From Octopus sinensis (taxonomy: Eukaryota), in contig NC_043004.1 in the NCBI RefSeq assembly GCF_006345805.1, forward strand, positions 24,800,001 through 24,864,000: 64,000 nt of DNA, in the 5' to 3' direction. The notes under the pieces were generated by a model that searched no databases, was not told the origin of the DNA, and was given only the letters and a program-made list of their open reading frames with translations. This document shows positions 11,579-24,932 of this stretch, in pieces. The position numbers and the translations under genes are program-made. How positions within the stretch are numbered: the stretch's first letter is position 1; the number at the start of each line of letters is the position of its first letter.

Positions 11579-12399
11579 TGCTGTGCAAATGATTCTGCCA
11601 GCTTGCTACCTTGAAAGTAATAATAATATAGGCTTCAAATTATGACTCAAGGCCGTAAGGCTTCAAATTTTGACACAAGGTGGAGGGGTAAGTCAATTAA
11701 ATTGACCCCAGCGTTCAACTGGTACTTGTTTTATCAACCCTGAAAAGGATGAAAGGCAATGTCAACCTTGGCAGAATTTGAATTCCGAATGTAAATACAG
11801 ATGAAATACTGCTAAGCATTTTGCTTGGTGGGTTAATGATTCTTCCAGCTTGCTGCCTTAAAATTATTAAGAATGTTAAATGGCATTGGAAGGTGGAGAG
11901 CTGAGAAAATCATTAGCATGCCAGGCAAAATACTTGGTGCCCTTTCTTCTGTCTTCTTGTTCTGAGTTCAAATTCTGCTGAGATTAACTTTGCCTTTCAT
12001 TCTTTCAGTGTTGATAAAATAAGTACCTATTAAACACTGGGGTTAATGTAATTGATTATTCCTACCCTTGAAGTTGCTGCCCTTGTGCCAAAATTTGAAA
12101 TCAATATTATATGCTATTAAGGCATTATATGCTATTAAGGCAGTGAACTGGCAGAATTGTTAGCGTGTTGAGTAAAATGCTTAACAGTGAGTTCACATTT
12201 CACCAGAGTCAGCCTTACATTTCAAGCTTCTGGGGTTGATGAAATAAAGTACTGGTCAAGTACATGTGTTGATGTAATTGACTAACACCCTCCCTCTAAA
12301 ACATTGCTGGCCTTGTATCAAACTTTGAAACAATAATATTTTCTCTTCCATCTTTTATTTTCTCCTTCTTGCAAGCAGGAATATAAAACATGATTTTTC

Positions 12400-14600
12400 A
12401 TTAATTAATAAACTAATGAATTTATCATTTGAAATATTAAATGTGACACTACTAAAAGAAATTAGATAAGCAACAAATGGAAGAGTCATTAGCAGTCATG
12501 TCGTCTTATATAGTACTAATCAAAAAGTTGTACTACTATCCTTAAATATCTTTGATCAGCTTGTATACCAAGTTACCATAATTTGCATAACCATGACATC
12601 ACTGTTGTGTTTTTTTAAAGCTGAACACACTCCATCTGTTGTTCCTTGCCATAAGCAGCCCTCACAAATTATTATTAGTCAAAGTTGTCAGTGATGAAAG
12701 TTGTTCTTTCAATTATCAGTGAAACTTCATCTACTCATATCATTGTTCACGCTTTGGCTTCTTCTCAGATCATTTTGTGGTTTGCCGCTGACTTTAACTT
12801 TTGATTGCCAAGTAAAGCAACTTCTAACATCTTTGTAGATTCTTGTACTCTACTTTGTGCATCTTCCTCTGCACATTTTCTTATTGGGTCATTGTACACT
12901 AGAACAGTTCAATCATTCTTCACAGCTAATGATGTATTTCTGTCATTTTGCATTAAATAACGAGCTCCTTCAGGAATAGCACCTAATTTAGACATGTACC
13001 ATAATGGAAGGTCAACAGCAAATGATATTGTCAGTGATGTCCTTATTTGATATCCCATCAATGCTGAAGGATTTTCTTTTTTAGAGAATGTAGAAAGGAG
13101 CTGTACTTAAGAAGAAACTTTGACAAACAAGCATCAATGGATCCAAATTGTTTAGAAAAGGCTTTAATTCTCATTTTCATTTTTCACTGCCTCTACCATT
13201 TGTTCAATAAGACCATTAGGGGATAAAAGATATGGTGATGTTTTAAAGGGTTTACAAACCACTTTTATGACAATATTTCTAACAATTTTTCATCACAAAA
13301 TTCAACTGCATTGTCAGAAACCAATACATGAGGAACCCAGTTTCTTGCAAAAATGTTCCTTAAAACATTGATCACAGTTTTAGCAGATCTGTCTCCGAAT
13401 CTCACTACTTCTGGTCACCCCACAAAAATGGTGCCAACCAAGATGGGCACTAAACCAACAGTTTGTATGTAAGCATGACCAATATGTACATGTGACCAAG
13501 CCTTCTCTTTAACTGGCCAAGTATGCTCTGTAATCTTCTGTATAAGTTTAATCTTACAACATTTAAAAACATTTCTAACATAATCTTCCAAAATCATGAC
13601 AATATCTAGGCTGCCAAGCTTCCAATCTCAACTTATTTCAAATTGTCGCTTCACCACATTGGACCTCATCATGTGCAATCTTAATAGAATTTTATTACAA
13701 TTCTGTAGGAAGTACAACAACATCACTATTGTAAATTATTTCATTCTCTACAGAAAGTCTAATGGCCTTGAACAGTCTTTCATTTACAGAGCAATTGCTC
13801 TATCTATTTGATTTGAATCTATTTGCTATCTTATAAAGGATTACATCATTTTTTCATTTCTTCTTGCAGTTCTTCTAACATTACTAAGACAGTTTCTACC
13901 CAATGGACAAAGGATGTAGAAGCAACATTATTTTCATCCTTTATAATTTCTTTAAACCAGAGCAACTACATGAAGATTTGTATAGCCTTTAGCACACAAT
14001 ATTTAACAATCATATGTAGCAAATTGAATTATCCATCTTGATATTCTTGCTGATGTAACTTTTGGCAGCTCTTACCTGGGATTAAATATAAATTCTAGCG
14101 GTCCATGGTCCAGTTTTAAGAAAAATTTTCAACCTAATAAGCCAAATACTTGCCAAAATTTTTCACTCAGTATTAGAATAATTCTTTTGGGCCTGTGTCA
14201 AATACCATCATAAGTATAGAACTGCATGTGCATTTTGGGAAAGTATACCAGATATTGAATTTTGACTTGTGTCTATGGTAACAACAGCCTTGGTTGTATC
14301 AGATATTTGTACAACAGGTCATTTACTCAAATCTTTGTTCAATCTTTCAAACAATGTAATATGTTTAGTCCATACTAAATGCCTATCAGCTTGTGTAATG
14401 CTGTCTCAACATTAGGTGAAGAATACAAATCAAAACAAATACTGGGTTTCACACCTATTTTATAATCAGTACATATATGTAAGTCGCTATTGGGCTTGCA
14501 AACTCCAACCAATTGTGAGGCCCACTTACTTCTCCCTTGGGAATAGATACTGCAAGATATCTTGTTTGTTGCCCTAACAATTCTGCTAATCCATTCTTCA
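12400..14600 (-). mobile_element. Decayed Ty3/Gypsy pol remnant (RT to integrase)
   Basis: SKWASQLVGVCKPNSDLHICTDYKIGV (RT start); integrase zinc-finger and core remnants EDYVRNVFKC..TEHTWP..AWSHVHIGHAY and LSKFLLKYSS; many stops and frameshifts; no LTRs recognised; boundaries approximate. Confidence 0.8.
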
Positions 14601-15330
14601 GGCAGGTACTTTATTAACCTCAAATGGAGGAATGGTGAAGTTGACTTCAGCAGTATTTGAACTCAGTGCACAGTGACCTAGAACTAATATTCACAAGGTA
14701 TTTGATTTAATTATCTCATGATTCTGTCAATTATCTGCAAGAAAAGCTGTGGTTCTGGATAGGAAAGATATAGAAAAAAGAATTTAGTGTGAGTTTGGGG
14801 GATACGATAAAGAAGGGATGGCATATGGAGAAGAAGCTGGCATTCACATGGCTTTGTGGTTAAGAAATTTACCTGACTACTATGTAGTTTCAAATCCAAG
14901 CTCATTGTGCTACACCTTGGGCAAGTGTCTTCACCATAATGTAAGGTTTGCCAAAGTCTTTCTAATTAAATTTCTTATGTTCTTTATATTCTAAGTTTGA
15001 ATCCTGCTGAGGCAACTGTACCTTTTATCACTCCAGGTTTGGTAAAATGAAGTTATAGCTAAGTATTGGGTTTGATATAATCAATTGTTCCCTGCCATTA
15101 AGAGCTGTGAGTTAACAGAAATTTGTTGAGTGCTAAACTAGTTGCCTAACATATTTTAGGATTGCCCCTACACATTCTTTGTTCAAATTCTGCAAGCATC
15201 TGCGTTATCTTACATCACTTAGGGGTCAATAAGATAACCACCAGTTATATTCTGGAAAAGATACAATTGACAGTATAGACCTCTTGAAAATCTGTTACAT
15301 TGTGGCTATATGAGAAAGTATTGCCTAATT

Positions 15331-15561
15331 CACAGCCAGGGTCCATATGACTTTTGGGGATCCATGTAAGATTTTGTTAAAATTTATTTGCATTAAAATG
15401 GTTATATTTTTACGACACACGAAATATCTCAACAATTTTTTAATACAATTCCTTATAATATTTAATTATAAAAACGCAATAGGATTTTTAAAATATCAAA
15501 TGGGTATGGGGGGGTTCACCTGAGTAAAAGGGGTTCATAGGTAAAATGGTTGAGAACCACT
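15331..15561. mobile_element. Degenerate hAT/Charlie-like MITE
   Basis: Right end ggttgagaaccact is typical of Charlie-type TIRs; left end eroded. Confidence 0.4.
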
Positions 15562-16720
15562 CATAGGTAATAAAATGGTCAAGAACCATTAGTCTAATCT
15601 GACGAAGTTGGTGAGCTGGCAGAAACAGCAGAACACTAGATAAATGCCATATAATATTTAGTTTTGTTCCTCTGCAGTTTGACTTCAAATGCCACCAGTC
15701 ATGGATGTATTTGTCCAATTTAATCCAATGATTGCAAAACCTTTTACTGAAGTTGATCCACAAAACTTTAATGTGGATCACATCGTCATCATCATCATCA
15801 TTATTGTTGACATCATTGCTATCATCAGTAGCAGCAGTGGTGTTGGCGTTGGTACTGGTGGTATTGTTGTTATTGCCTTTGTTGCTATTATCGTTGTCAC
15901 TTCCTCCTCTTCCTCACTACCATGTTCACCATCACACCACCACCACCACCACTACCGCTACCACCACCACTACCACAATCTTTGTTTTACATTTGCTTTT
16001 CCATGCTGGTAGTAACTAAGGCAGTAATTATGGTCAAAAGTCATTTAGAAAATTAGATGGGTCTTTTGGTTCAGTATTTTATGGATGGATGCCCTTCCTA
16101 ATGCCAATCGTTTTACTCAGATCTTACAACACATGGAGACAAAAAAACCCCACATGAACCACTAAATATGAATTTTCTTTTAAGCGCATTTTGCAACAAT
16201 ACAGTAAGACACAAGGCTTTGGTATGGGCCACTGGTGACCCACACAGATTATCTGCATCACTTAATAACCTGATTATAATCCTTCTTTCTTTACAAAATT
16301 GCGTCCTTGTGTTTATATGTTAAACTTTTAACTGTAAAATTAAATATCATGATTAAATACCATTAAGTAAAATTAAATACCATTAATGAATTAAATACCA
16401 AAATTTCTACAAAAAGTAAATAAATAAATAAAATAGATATTTTCTGAAAGTCACATTGCCTTACTAAACTTAATCTTTTATCTTTTACTTGCTTCATTTG
16501 ACTACGACAATGCTGGGGCACTGCCTCGAGAGGTTTTAGCTGAACAAATCACCCCCAGGACTTATTTTTTTTGTAAACTTAGTACTTATTTTATTGGTCT
16601 CTTTTGCTGAACTGCTAATTTACAGGGATGTAAACACATTAGCACTGGTTGTCAAGTGGTGGTATAGGACAAACACAGGCACAGACACACACACACACAC
16701 ACACATATGACAGGTTTCTT

Positions 16721-16972
16721 ATTTCTTTATTGCCCACAGGGGGCTAAACATAGAAGGGACAAATAAGGACAGACAAAGGGATTAAGTCGATTAGATCGAC
16801 CCCAGTAAAGAACTGGTACTTAATTTATCGACCCCGAAAGGATGAAAAGCAAAGTCAACCATGGCAGAATTTGAACTCAGAACGTAACAGCAGACGAAAT
16901 ACCGCTAAGCATTTCACCTGACATGCTAACATTTCTGTCAGCTGGCCGCCTTACGGACAGACAAAGGGATTA
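16721..16972 (-). mobile_element. SINE B inserted into a SINE A copy
   Basis: Flanked by direct repeat gacaggtttctt at 16709-16720 and 16978-16989. Confidence 0.75.
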
Positions 16973-17269
16973 TATGAGACAGGTTTCTTTCAGCTTCTGT
17001 CTACCAAATCTACTCACAAGGCTTCGGTTGGCCCAAGGCTATAATTGAAGACACTTGATCACAGCTTTATGCAGTGGGACTTGAACATGGAACTATGTGG
17101 TTGGGAATCAAGCTTCTTAGCACACTACCAACAAAAATAGTTTCAAATGTGACATTCCTAAAGAAAAGACTGATTGGTATATTAAACTGCTTTCTGCAGT
17201 TAAGGGTAATGATATTATGAGGAGATATATCTGATTTCTGCCATAAAAAGATTAAATCCTTTAACATAC

Positions 17270-17321
17270 ACAAGTCTTTCAGACAAGTAAGACCAATGCC
17301 ATGAATGTTTAGTTTGAACTT
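17270..17321 (-). CDS. Candidate internal exon (KFKLNIHGIGLTCLKDL, or EVQTKHSWHWSYLSERL in another frame)
   Basis: Acceptor tcttgcag, donor gtatgt; two open frames; no family recognised. Confidence 0.2.
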
Positions 17322-17476
17322 CTGCAAGATATATATATGTGTGTGTGTGTGTGGTGCAAAAAACACGTAGGCTGGAAGAAATTTCCAGAAGATTGCAGTT
17401 CTTGACAGAAGAGATGTGGTATAAGTGTTCTCTTTTAGGTATACCTGTGTGTTGTAAAATTCTAGCAGAAGCTTTA

Positions 17477-17678
17477 CCCTTTAGCATTTAGATTACTCTT
17501 TCAAAAGTAATGCTTATTTGTTCACATTGTTTTCAATTAACCAAGCATTATCTCATAGCTTGGAGATTTCCATGATGTGATTGCTTATTTTAAGAATGAC
17601 ATTGTAGAGTAGGTATGAAAGGTGATACCTAGCCAGTTTGAACATAAACTGAATATGGCTGGTTAAGATGCTAAAGGG
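17477..17678. mobile_element. piggyBac-like MITE family (~200-220 bp)
   Basis: Termini ccctttagcat ... atgctaaaggg, with TTAA-like flanks across the family. Other copies at 20431-20649, 22185-22390, 52501-52717. Confidence 0.6.
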
Positions 17679-18127
17679 CTAAAATTGAAATATTTCTAAG
17701 ATCAAAACAAAAAAACCTTGTCATTTTGAAGCAAATTTTGACTTTGGTAAAAGTATGCAAAGGTTTCTATGAAAATCACATAAGTTGTTTACTTTAAAAT
17801 TTGTCAGGAATGTGAAATTAAGTTTTCACATCTAAATAACATTCTTGGAATTAATTAATAAAATTATTAATTGAATAATTAATGCTCTTAATTATTGGAT
17901 TTGCTTTCTTGCATTAATTACTTGATACTGTTCATTACTGATTTCCTCCATAGTTATTTGACATTCTACATAGCATTAATTATAGTATTTAATGGTATCT
18001 GGTTACTTAATGTAATTTGCACTTTATCAGTCAGGAAGGGCCGGAAAACTTTTGTGTTTTTTTTTTTTCTGTGGAATGATGAAGATCCTTTTATTATTAA
18101 GAAATCTAAGCCTTGTCGAGCCATTGC

Positions 18128-18264
18128 CTTCTGGAATCTTTGATATATTGTGCTAGCCTTCATCTTGTATTTATTGTAATGACCTCGTAAAGTGGAATAG
18201 TAAAGTCGACTTGTTGTAGAGAGGGCTATATTTTTATTTAATGCATTGATGCTCTCATATGTTG
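18128..18264 (-). CDS. Candidate coding exon TYESINALNKNIALSTTSRLYYSTLRGHYNKYKMKASTIYQRFQK
   Basis: Non-repetitive open frame with protein-like composition; acceptor tgtatcag; needs a GC donor (aag/gcaatg); protein not recognised. Confidence 0.25.
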
Positions 18265-18429
18265 CTGATACACACATAAGTGCACATACATAGGCACACA
18301 CACACACACAACTGTGAATTATTATCTATCTATCTAACTGTCTGTCTGTCTGTCTATCTGTCTATCTGTCTGTCTTTGTCTCTGTTTTTCTCTGTCACTC
18401 TATCCCTCTTTTTGTATGTGTGTTTGCAT

Positions 18430-18469
<40 letters not shown>

Positions 18470-18869
18470 ATGTGTTTGTGTGAGTGCATGTAAATGAGTG
18501 TGTGTATATGAATGTGTGTGTATGAGTGTGTGTGCATATCCATGCATGTGTGTGTATGTGTACATGTGCATGCATCTGTGCAGTTTCCATCTACCAAGTT
18601 TTATTTACAAGGCATTAGTTATCATGCAGTCATGGTAGAAGACACTAATCCAAGATGTCACAGAGAAGAATCAAATCTGAAATCACATGTTTTGAAATTA
18701 AATTCTTAAACCACATGGCTATGCCTGATTCCAACAAAATTAGTGTTCTGCAAAGTGAAGAATTACCTAATGTTTTGAGCAGAGTTGCCCTTTGTTAGTT
18801 TAAGATTCTAGATAATAGCATATAGAATTAATACTTTTGCTTAAAGACCAAAGGTGGCAAAATACTTAC

Positions 18870-18917
18870 AATGACTCTTATATTATAAACTTGATCATGC
18901 GTTTCCTCTCAGTCAAC
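18870..18917 (-). other. 48-nt segment with strong splice signals and a stop in every frame
   Basis: gttttcag/GTTGACTGAGAGG...AGAGTCATT/gtaagtat; phase-0 frame reads VD*EETHDQVYNIRVI. Confidence 0.3.
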
Positions 18918-19637
18918 CTGAAAACATTCATAGAAATGATACCATAGTGTCTTCTAAGTAAAGTTAATAGAACAATAGGAATGTTACTATTATCAGAGTA
19001 CTCCCTGTTGTGTATAGATCTGTTTTAACAAAAGCATTTAAAAGTTATGCTCCAAATTCACTGCACCAGATTTAGATGAGTTTTAATCTTATTCTATTTG
19101 ATGAAAACTGAAAGCCAAACTGATCTTATGAAAGAATTAATCCTAGATCTCTAAATATCCTAGTAGTTTATTATTTAAGTAGTTTTACTCCTGAGGTTTT
19201 TGGAACTTCGTTGCCATCTGTTTTATGTTTGAAATGGTATGTTCTTGCTAGAATGTTCTTTTCTTGTTATAGCTTTTCTTTTATCTTCCACCTCATATTT
19301 ATTTCATTTATTGTCTTGTGGCCATGTTGGGGCACTGTTTTGAAGGGTTAAGTTGAACAAATCAACTGCACTACTAATTTTTTTAAGACTGATGCTTATT
19401 CCATAGGTATGCTTTGCCCAACTGCAAAATTATAGGGACATAAATAGACCATCACCAATTGCCAAGCAGATAAATACATACATATATATACATATAAATA
19501 TGTATGTGTGTTTGTTTGTGTGTGTGTGTGTCTTTATGTTTGTGCTTGTACAAATATGTATAGGTATATATTGTATGTAATATATTTATGTAAATATATA
19601 TATATATACATATATATCAATATATATATGCAATATA

Positions 19638-20230
19638 CAGTATCTCGCAGAAGTATGTACACCCCTAAAAAAATTCAGTAAAATTGCTATTACTCTGATA
19701 ATATCAAAAGAAATCAAATGAAATTTATACTGAATAAAATATATCACGCATGCAAATATTACACAAATTTGGAACACAAAACAAACATTTTTAAAGATAT
19801 GAATAAAATATTAATTTTCAAATGTTACAAAAATATGTACACTCTAAAGGAGCTTTGCTATATTCAATATTTTATCCACTTTTTTTATTAAATTCAGATA
19901 TTGCTGATAATTCCAATTCTAATAAATTATTTCTCCTGGTATTTTTGCACAGGTGATTGCTATTGCATCGGCAGGAATTCTGATTTATGTACCTTGGTGA
20001 AAATATTCTCCATTGTGATTAAAATGGCACCAAAGGGAAAATAATTGTCTGAAGATTTGAAGAAAATTATGTGTTACCAACATAGATGCCTTTTACATTA
20101 GTCAACCCTTGTTTTATACATTTTGAGTAATATAAAGCTTTCCTTTAGTAACTCCCAAGTTACTCCGGTGATTGAAAAAATTGAGAATGTGATATCAAAT
20201 ATGATGCATGGATGCTGGGGAAATATGTCC
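19638..20230 (+). mobile_element. Truncated Tc1-like transposon (left TIR + decayed transposase start)
   Basis: ta/cagtatctcgcagaagtatgtacacccct TIR; ATG at 20024 gives MAPKGK*LSEDLKK; right TIR not found. Confidence 0.6.
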
Positions 20231-20744
20231 TGTGTAACATATGATACACAGGGCATGCAAAAGTTAAAGTAGTAGGGTATTATTTGAGGAAGATTTGGTT
20301 GCTATTTCTTGCAAGCTGAGAGATCATGTAGAGGTTCTCTTGCTGGTTTGTTATTGTTCTTCTGCTGGCTGAACAAATTAAGGGATATACTGAACAATGA
20401 TTATAAGTTAAGTTCAAACAAGCTATTTAACCTTTGAGCAGTTTCATTATTCTGTTAAGTATAAAGCTTATTTATTCACATTGTTTTGAATTAATCATGC
20501 ATTATCTTGTAACTTTAAGATTTCATTGATTTTATCGTTTATTTATGAATAAGATGTTGGGTGGATGTGAGAAGCCAGATCTGTCCAGTTGAACAAAAAC
20601 AGGTAGAATATTTGGGCTGGATATTTGGGCCAATTTGAATGCTAAAGAGTTAACTCTAATAAAAGCTTACTAATGACCTGCCTATTTTTTTATAGAAATA
20701 ATAACAATAACAACAACAATAATAATATTAAAAAATAATGATGA

Positions 20745-21410
20745 TGAGCAGATAAGAAAAGTGAACATGCTTTATGCACTAACGCAGTCAAGTGTAGCAT
20801 TGATAAGACAGCAGCATCTCCTTTGTGTAGACTATGTGGAAAATCATCTGAGACAGACATATAATTAGTGGATGCTCAAAACTTGCCCCAAAGGAGTACA
20901 AAGTAGCAGTGTGAATACATTGGGAGTTGTGCAAGAAGAAATGTGTCAACAAGTATGAGTACCAACCTTTGCCAACAGCAGAAAATGATCGGGTGAAACT
21001 CACATGGGAAATGCCAATATACACAGACAAAAAGCTGCAACACCAACCAGATATCACTCTCTTAATGTAGGGGTCCAAAGAATGGACCTGCATCAACATA
21101 CTATACTTGCAGACAAATATATTGTTAAGACAGAGGATGAGAAAGTCGGAAAGTACCAAGACTTAGAATTGGAAGTGAAAAAAATCCCATAGAGCCTCAA
21201 AAGTGAGTGTGGTACTAATTATGATTGGTACAGTGGGAGCCATCTGAAAAAGAACAAGATTCTGGCATCAAAACTGCAAATGCAAAACTTCTGAGAAAGT
21301 ATTCAGTTGGAGCAATTCTTGGAATAGTTCATGTGTTGAGGTAAGTCTTGCATCTCTAAACTGTAGGATGGAGCTGAGACATGATATAAACGTAGATAAA
21401 TCAGAAGTGA

Positions 21411-21413
<3 letters not shown>
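20745..21413 (+). mobile_element. Third R4/Dong-like fragment
   Basis: SPLCRLCGKSSET..HIISGCSKLAQ, WEMPIYTDKKLQHQPDI, KVGKYQDLELEVKKI across frameshifts; (aat)n tail 21414-21478. Confidence 0.75.
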
Positions 21414-21478
<65 letters not shown>

Positions 21479-23001
21479 GAAACAAAAAAAACCCAGAAAA
21501 GCCCAAACACTTGATTATTAGTGCTTATCTGCTACATTTAACTCTCAAGGGAGACACACTGCAATTTTTTTTTTTATAATGCTTATTCACAGTTAAGTAG
21601 TTCAACATGCTGTACCAACTTTCATTATCACTATTTTTTATGACAGGTAGCATAGTTGCAGAAATAAATTCTCAGTAAAACAAATCTGTAACCTAGTTCT
21701 GAATCCCAGAAGGATACTTAGTTGAAGACCAAGGTGGTGAGTTGGCAAGGTTGTTATAACATAGGGCAAAATGCCTTGTAATACTTGTTTTAGTTTTCTG
21801 TGCTCTGGGTTCAAATTTTACCAAGATTGACTATGCTGTTTATCTTTTGAAGATCAATAAAATAAGTACCAACCCAAGACAGTGGATTATGGAATTATTT
21901 GGATAGTAGATTTTAACTGTTGTCTGATTTAATACCCTCACCACCTTGTTCTTGAGTTGTGTATGTGTGTGTGTATGTGTGTGTGTGTGTGTGTGTGTGA
22001 GTGTGTGCATGTGTTTGTGTGAGTGCATGTATGTGAGTGTGTGTATAGAATTAATACTCACAGTTTATGTTCTTAACACTAGCTTAATGATAACTAAGTT
22101 ATTTTACTAAATTCTTTGTTATATTTAAAATTAATTGAAAGAAACACAGAGCATCTCAAAATAAATTCGGTAATGAAAGAGTTAAGCTGGCTGTATCCGG
22201 CCAAAATATTTTACCTGTTTTATGTTCAAACTGACCAGATCTGGCCTCTTATACCTATCCTATAATGTCATTCAAAAAATAAACAATCACACCATTGAAA
22301 TCTTGAAGCTATAAGATAACGCATGATTTATTCTATACAAAGTGAATAAATAAGCATCAGATTTGACAGAGGGATCTGAATGCTAAGGGGTTAAGTTAAG
22401 TTTTTTCTCTTCCTATAAAAAATAAATCTTTAATTTCATGTTTATGTCAGAAATTCTTGCCATTAATTTTGTGCTGATTATGTTGAAGTCTATGGAGAAT
22501 CAAACTGTTACAGCTTCATTCTTCTGATCTGAAAATATTCAAAGATTAACAACGGCTTTCATTCATTCGTCAGAAAATGATGAATAAAGTAGTAGTTATG
22601 AAATATGGCAGCAATTAGATAACATATCATACTTCAACTTCCCAACACTGCTTTATATTGAGCCCATCTTGATTTTCTTATGGAAGATCCTTGATGGAGA
22701 CTGATGATTCTTGGGTTTATAGAAATTAAAGTAAAATCAGTATTTTTTTTTGCTGTTGTATTTTTTCATTGGAATTGAATGACACCGTTTGTATGATAGT
22801 AACAACTATTTTACAACTACCACGTGATGTTAAGACAAGAAGACAAAAACATTCGCACATTCACCTACATACACACATACATACACACATACATACATAC
22901 ATACATACATACATACATACATACATACATACATACATACATACATACATACATACATAATTAAAGACAGAAGATGGAATATACGAGAATATATTATTAA
23001 T

Positions 23002-23101
23002 CACAACAATTGTTTCGACACATCCTGCATCGACTCCTCTTGTGGGACACACAAAATCTGATACAGGAGCTTCCGGCAGTGTGGATGTATCTCATTGGGT
23101 G
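23002..23101 (-). ncRNA. Hammerhead-like motif with long stem II insertion (degenerate)
   Basis: cac-ccaatga-gatacatcc...ggatgtgtc-GAAA-caattgt-t-gtg; same GAAAcaattgttgtg end as the 1663 motif; CUGA box mutated. Confidence 0.4.
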
Positions 23102-23176
23102 ATAAATAAATAAAAAAATCTTGTTAAAATGACAGTTCCATAATGCAACTTTTCGTTTTGTAGAGAGAAAAACAGC

Positions 23177-23609
23177 CAGATGGAGGAAAATTCTTCATAT
23201 ATATAGAAGATCCAAAAATACATAAATACATACATACATACATACATTTTAAATATATATGAGCATGTCTAGATATGCAACTGTATACATGAAAATACAC
23301 ACATAAAACAAAACATACAAATCTGCATGTATACATGCATACATACAAAAATACCCTGTTAGTGTTTTTGGAATTCCAATGAAGGAACCTTGGATCTAGG
23401 TTAGAAACCAGTTCTTTCTCTATTGGCAAGAAATCTTGAAATAAAACTGAAAATGGACATACATACATATATTTATACATCACGGGAAAGTTTACGAAAA
23501 TAAACAAAAGACGAAGGCAGGTGGAGTACAAACAAACAAATGTATTAGTTTAGCGCTCAGGAACAGAAAAAAACTTTTACGTTTCAAGCCTACGCTCTTT
23601 GACAGAAAG
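23177..23609. mobile_element. Cluster of Penelope-type remnants with three decayed hammerhead-like motifs
   Basis: 23177-23217 (+), 23376-23413 (+; stem II aacct/aggtt, GAAAccagt), 23574-23609 (-; cttt-ctgtcaa-a-gagcgtaggctt-GAAA-cgt-a-aaag). Confidence 0.35.
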
Positions 23610-24257
23610 ATACACAGAAAAAGACAAGGAGAGAAAAAAAATGCGTGTAGGAGCTAACGATCTATCATGGCGTCCTGACTTCGGACAGTGGTCAGACGCG
23701 AGAGGGACAGTAGGGGAGATAACAGGGTCAAGTGACTTTCAATTTATATATCAAACAATGCTTCATGTAAACTATGTACACACACACACACACGCACACA
23801 TGCACACACACAAACAATGAGCTTCTTCCGGTTTTTGTCTACCAAATTTCACCCACAAAGCATTGATCAACCTGAGGCTGTAGTAGCTTGGTATCATGCA
23901 ATAGGACTGAACCCAGAACCATATGGTTGGGAAGCAAACTTCTTACCACACAGCCATCTGAACCTATAAATTATCATAATTATTTTTTTTCACTTTCATA
24001 AATAGTTAATGATTTAAATTTTTTTTCTCTCAGAAGCAGGTTTTGAACATGTGGAGATGTCATTTGCTATGTATTTATAAATTATCTCAAAGTATATATG
24101 AAACATATGTTTATAGTATAAGTCTATTAATATTAGATCCCTGCTGTGTTGATGTATTTAAATGTTAGGGTAAAAAAGTATTAAATTAAAAATACACATA
24201 AAAGCAAGCACCACACACACACACAGAGGCATGCATATACACACACACAGACACTCA

Positions 24258-24301
<44 letters not shown>

Positions 24302-24658
24302 TGCATATATATTTGTCTGTAGGCATATATACATGCATGTGTGTGTACATATGTTTGCATGCATGTATGTATGCATACACACACACATTGCCACACATAC
24401 TTATACATGCATATCTTTATAGTTTAACAGTAAAACTACATTAATCACTCAGTGGAGAATGTAAAGTTTTGCGCCTGGCATTTATCAAAGCTTGATAAAT
24501 ACCATAAATGAAACTCTAGGCTCTTGAGTCATTATGCAGCCAAATAAAAAGACATATACATGCTCTACTTTTTGTATTGAGTTCTATTTCCTATATCATC
24601 AAATTTATGCCTATTATGTATGTATGTATGCATGCATGCATGCATGCATGTGTGTGTG

Positions 24659-24659
<1 letters not shown>

Positions 24660-24708
<49 letters not shown>

Positions 24709-24714
24709 TCTGTG

Positions 24715-24775
<61 letters not shown>

Positions 24776-24780
24776 GTCTG

Positions 24781-24843
<63 letters not shown>

Positions 24844-24846
24844 GTA

Positions 24847-24877
<31 letters not shown>

Positions 24878-24885
24878 TTATCTAT
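24660..24885. repeat. (TCTG)n/(TCTA)n microsatellite; similar tract at ~26695-26890
   Basis: Direct reading; explains the YLSI-repeat ORFs. Confidence 0.95.
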
Positions 24886-24901
24886 CTTCCTGCCTCTCCT
24901 C

Positions 24902-24932
<31 letters not shown>

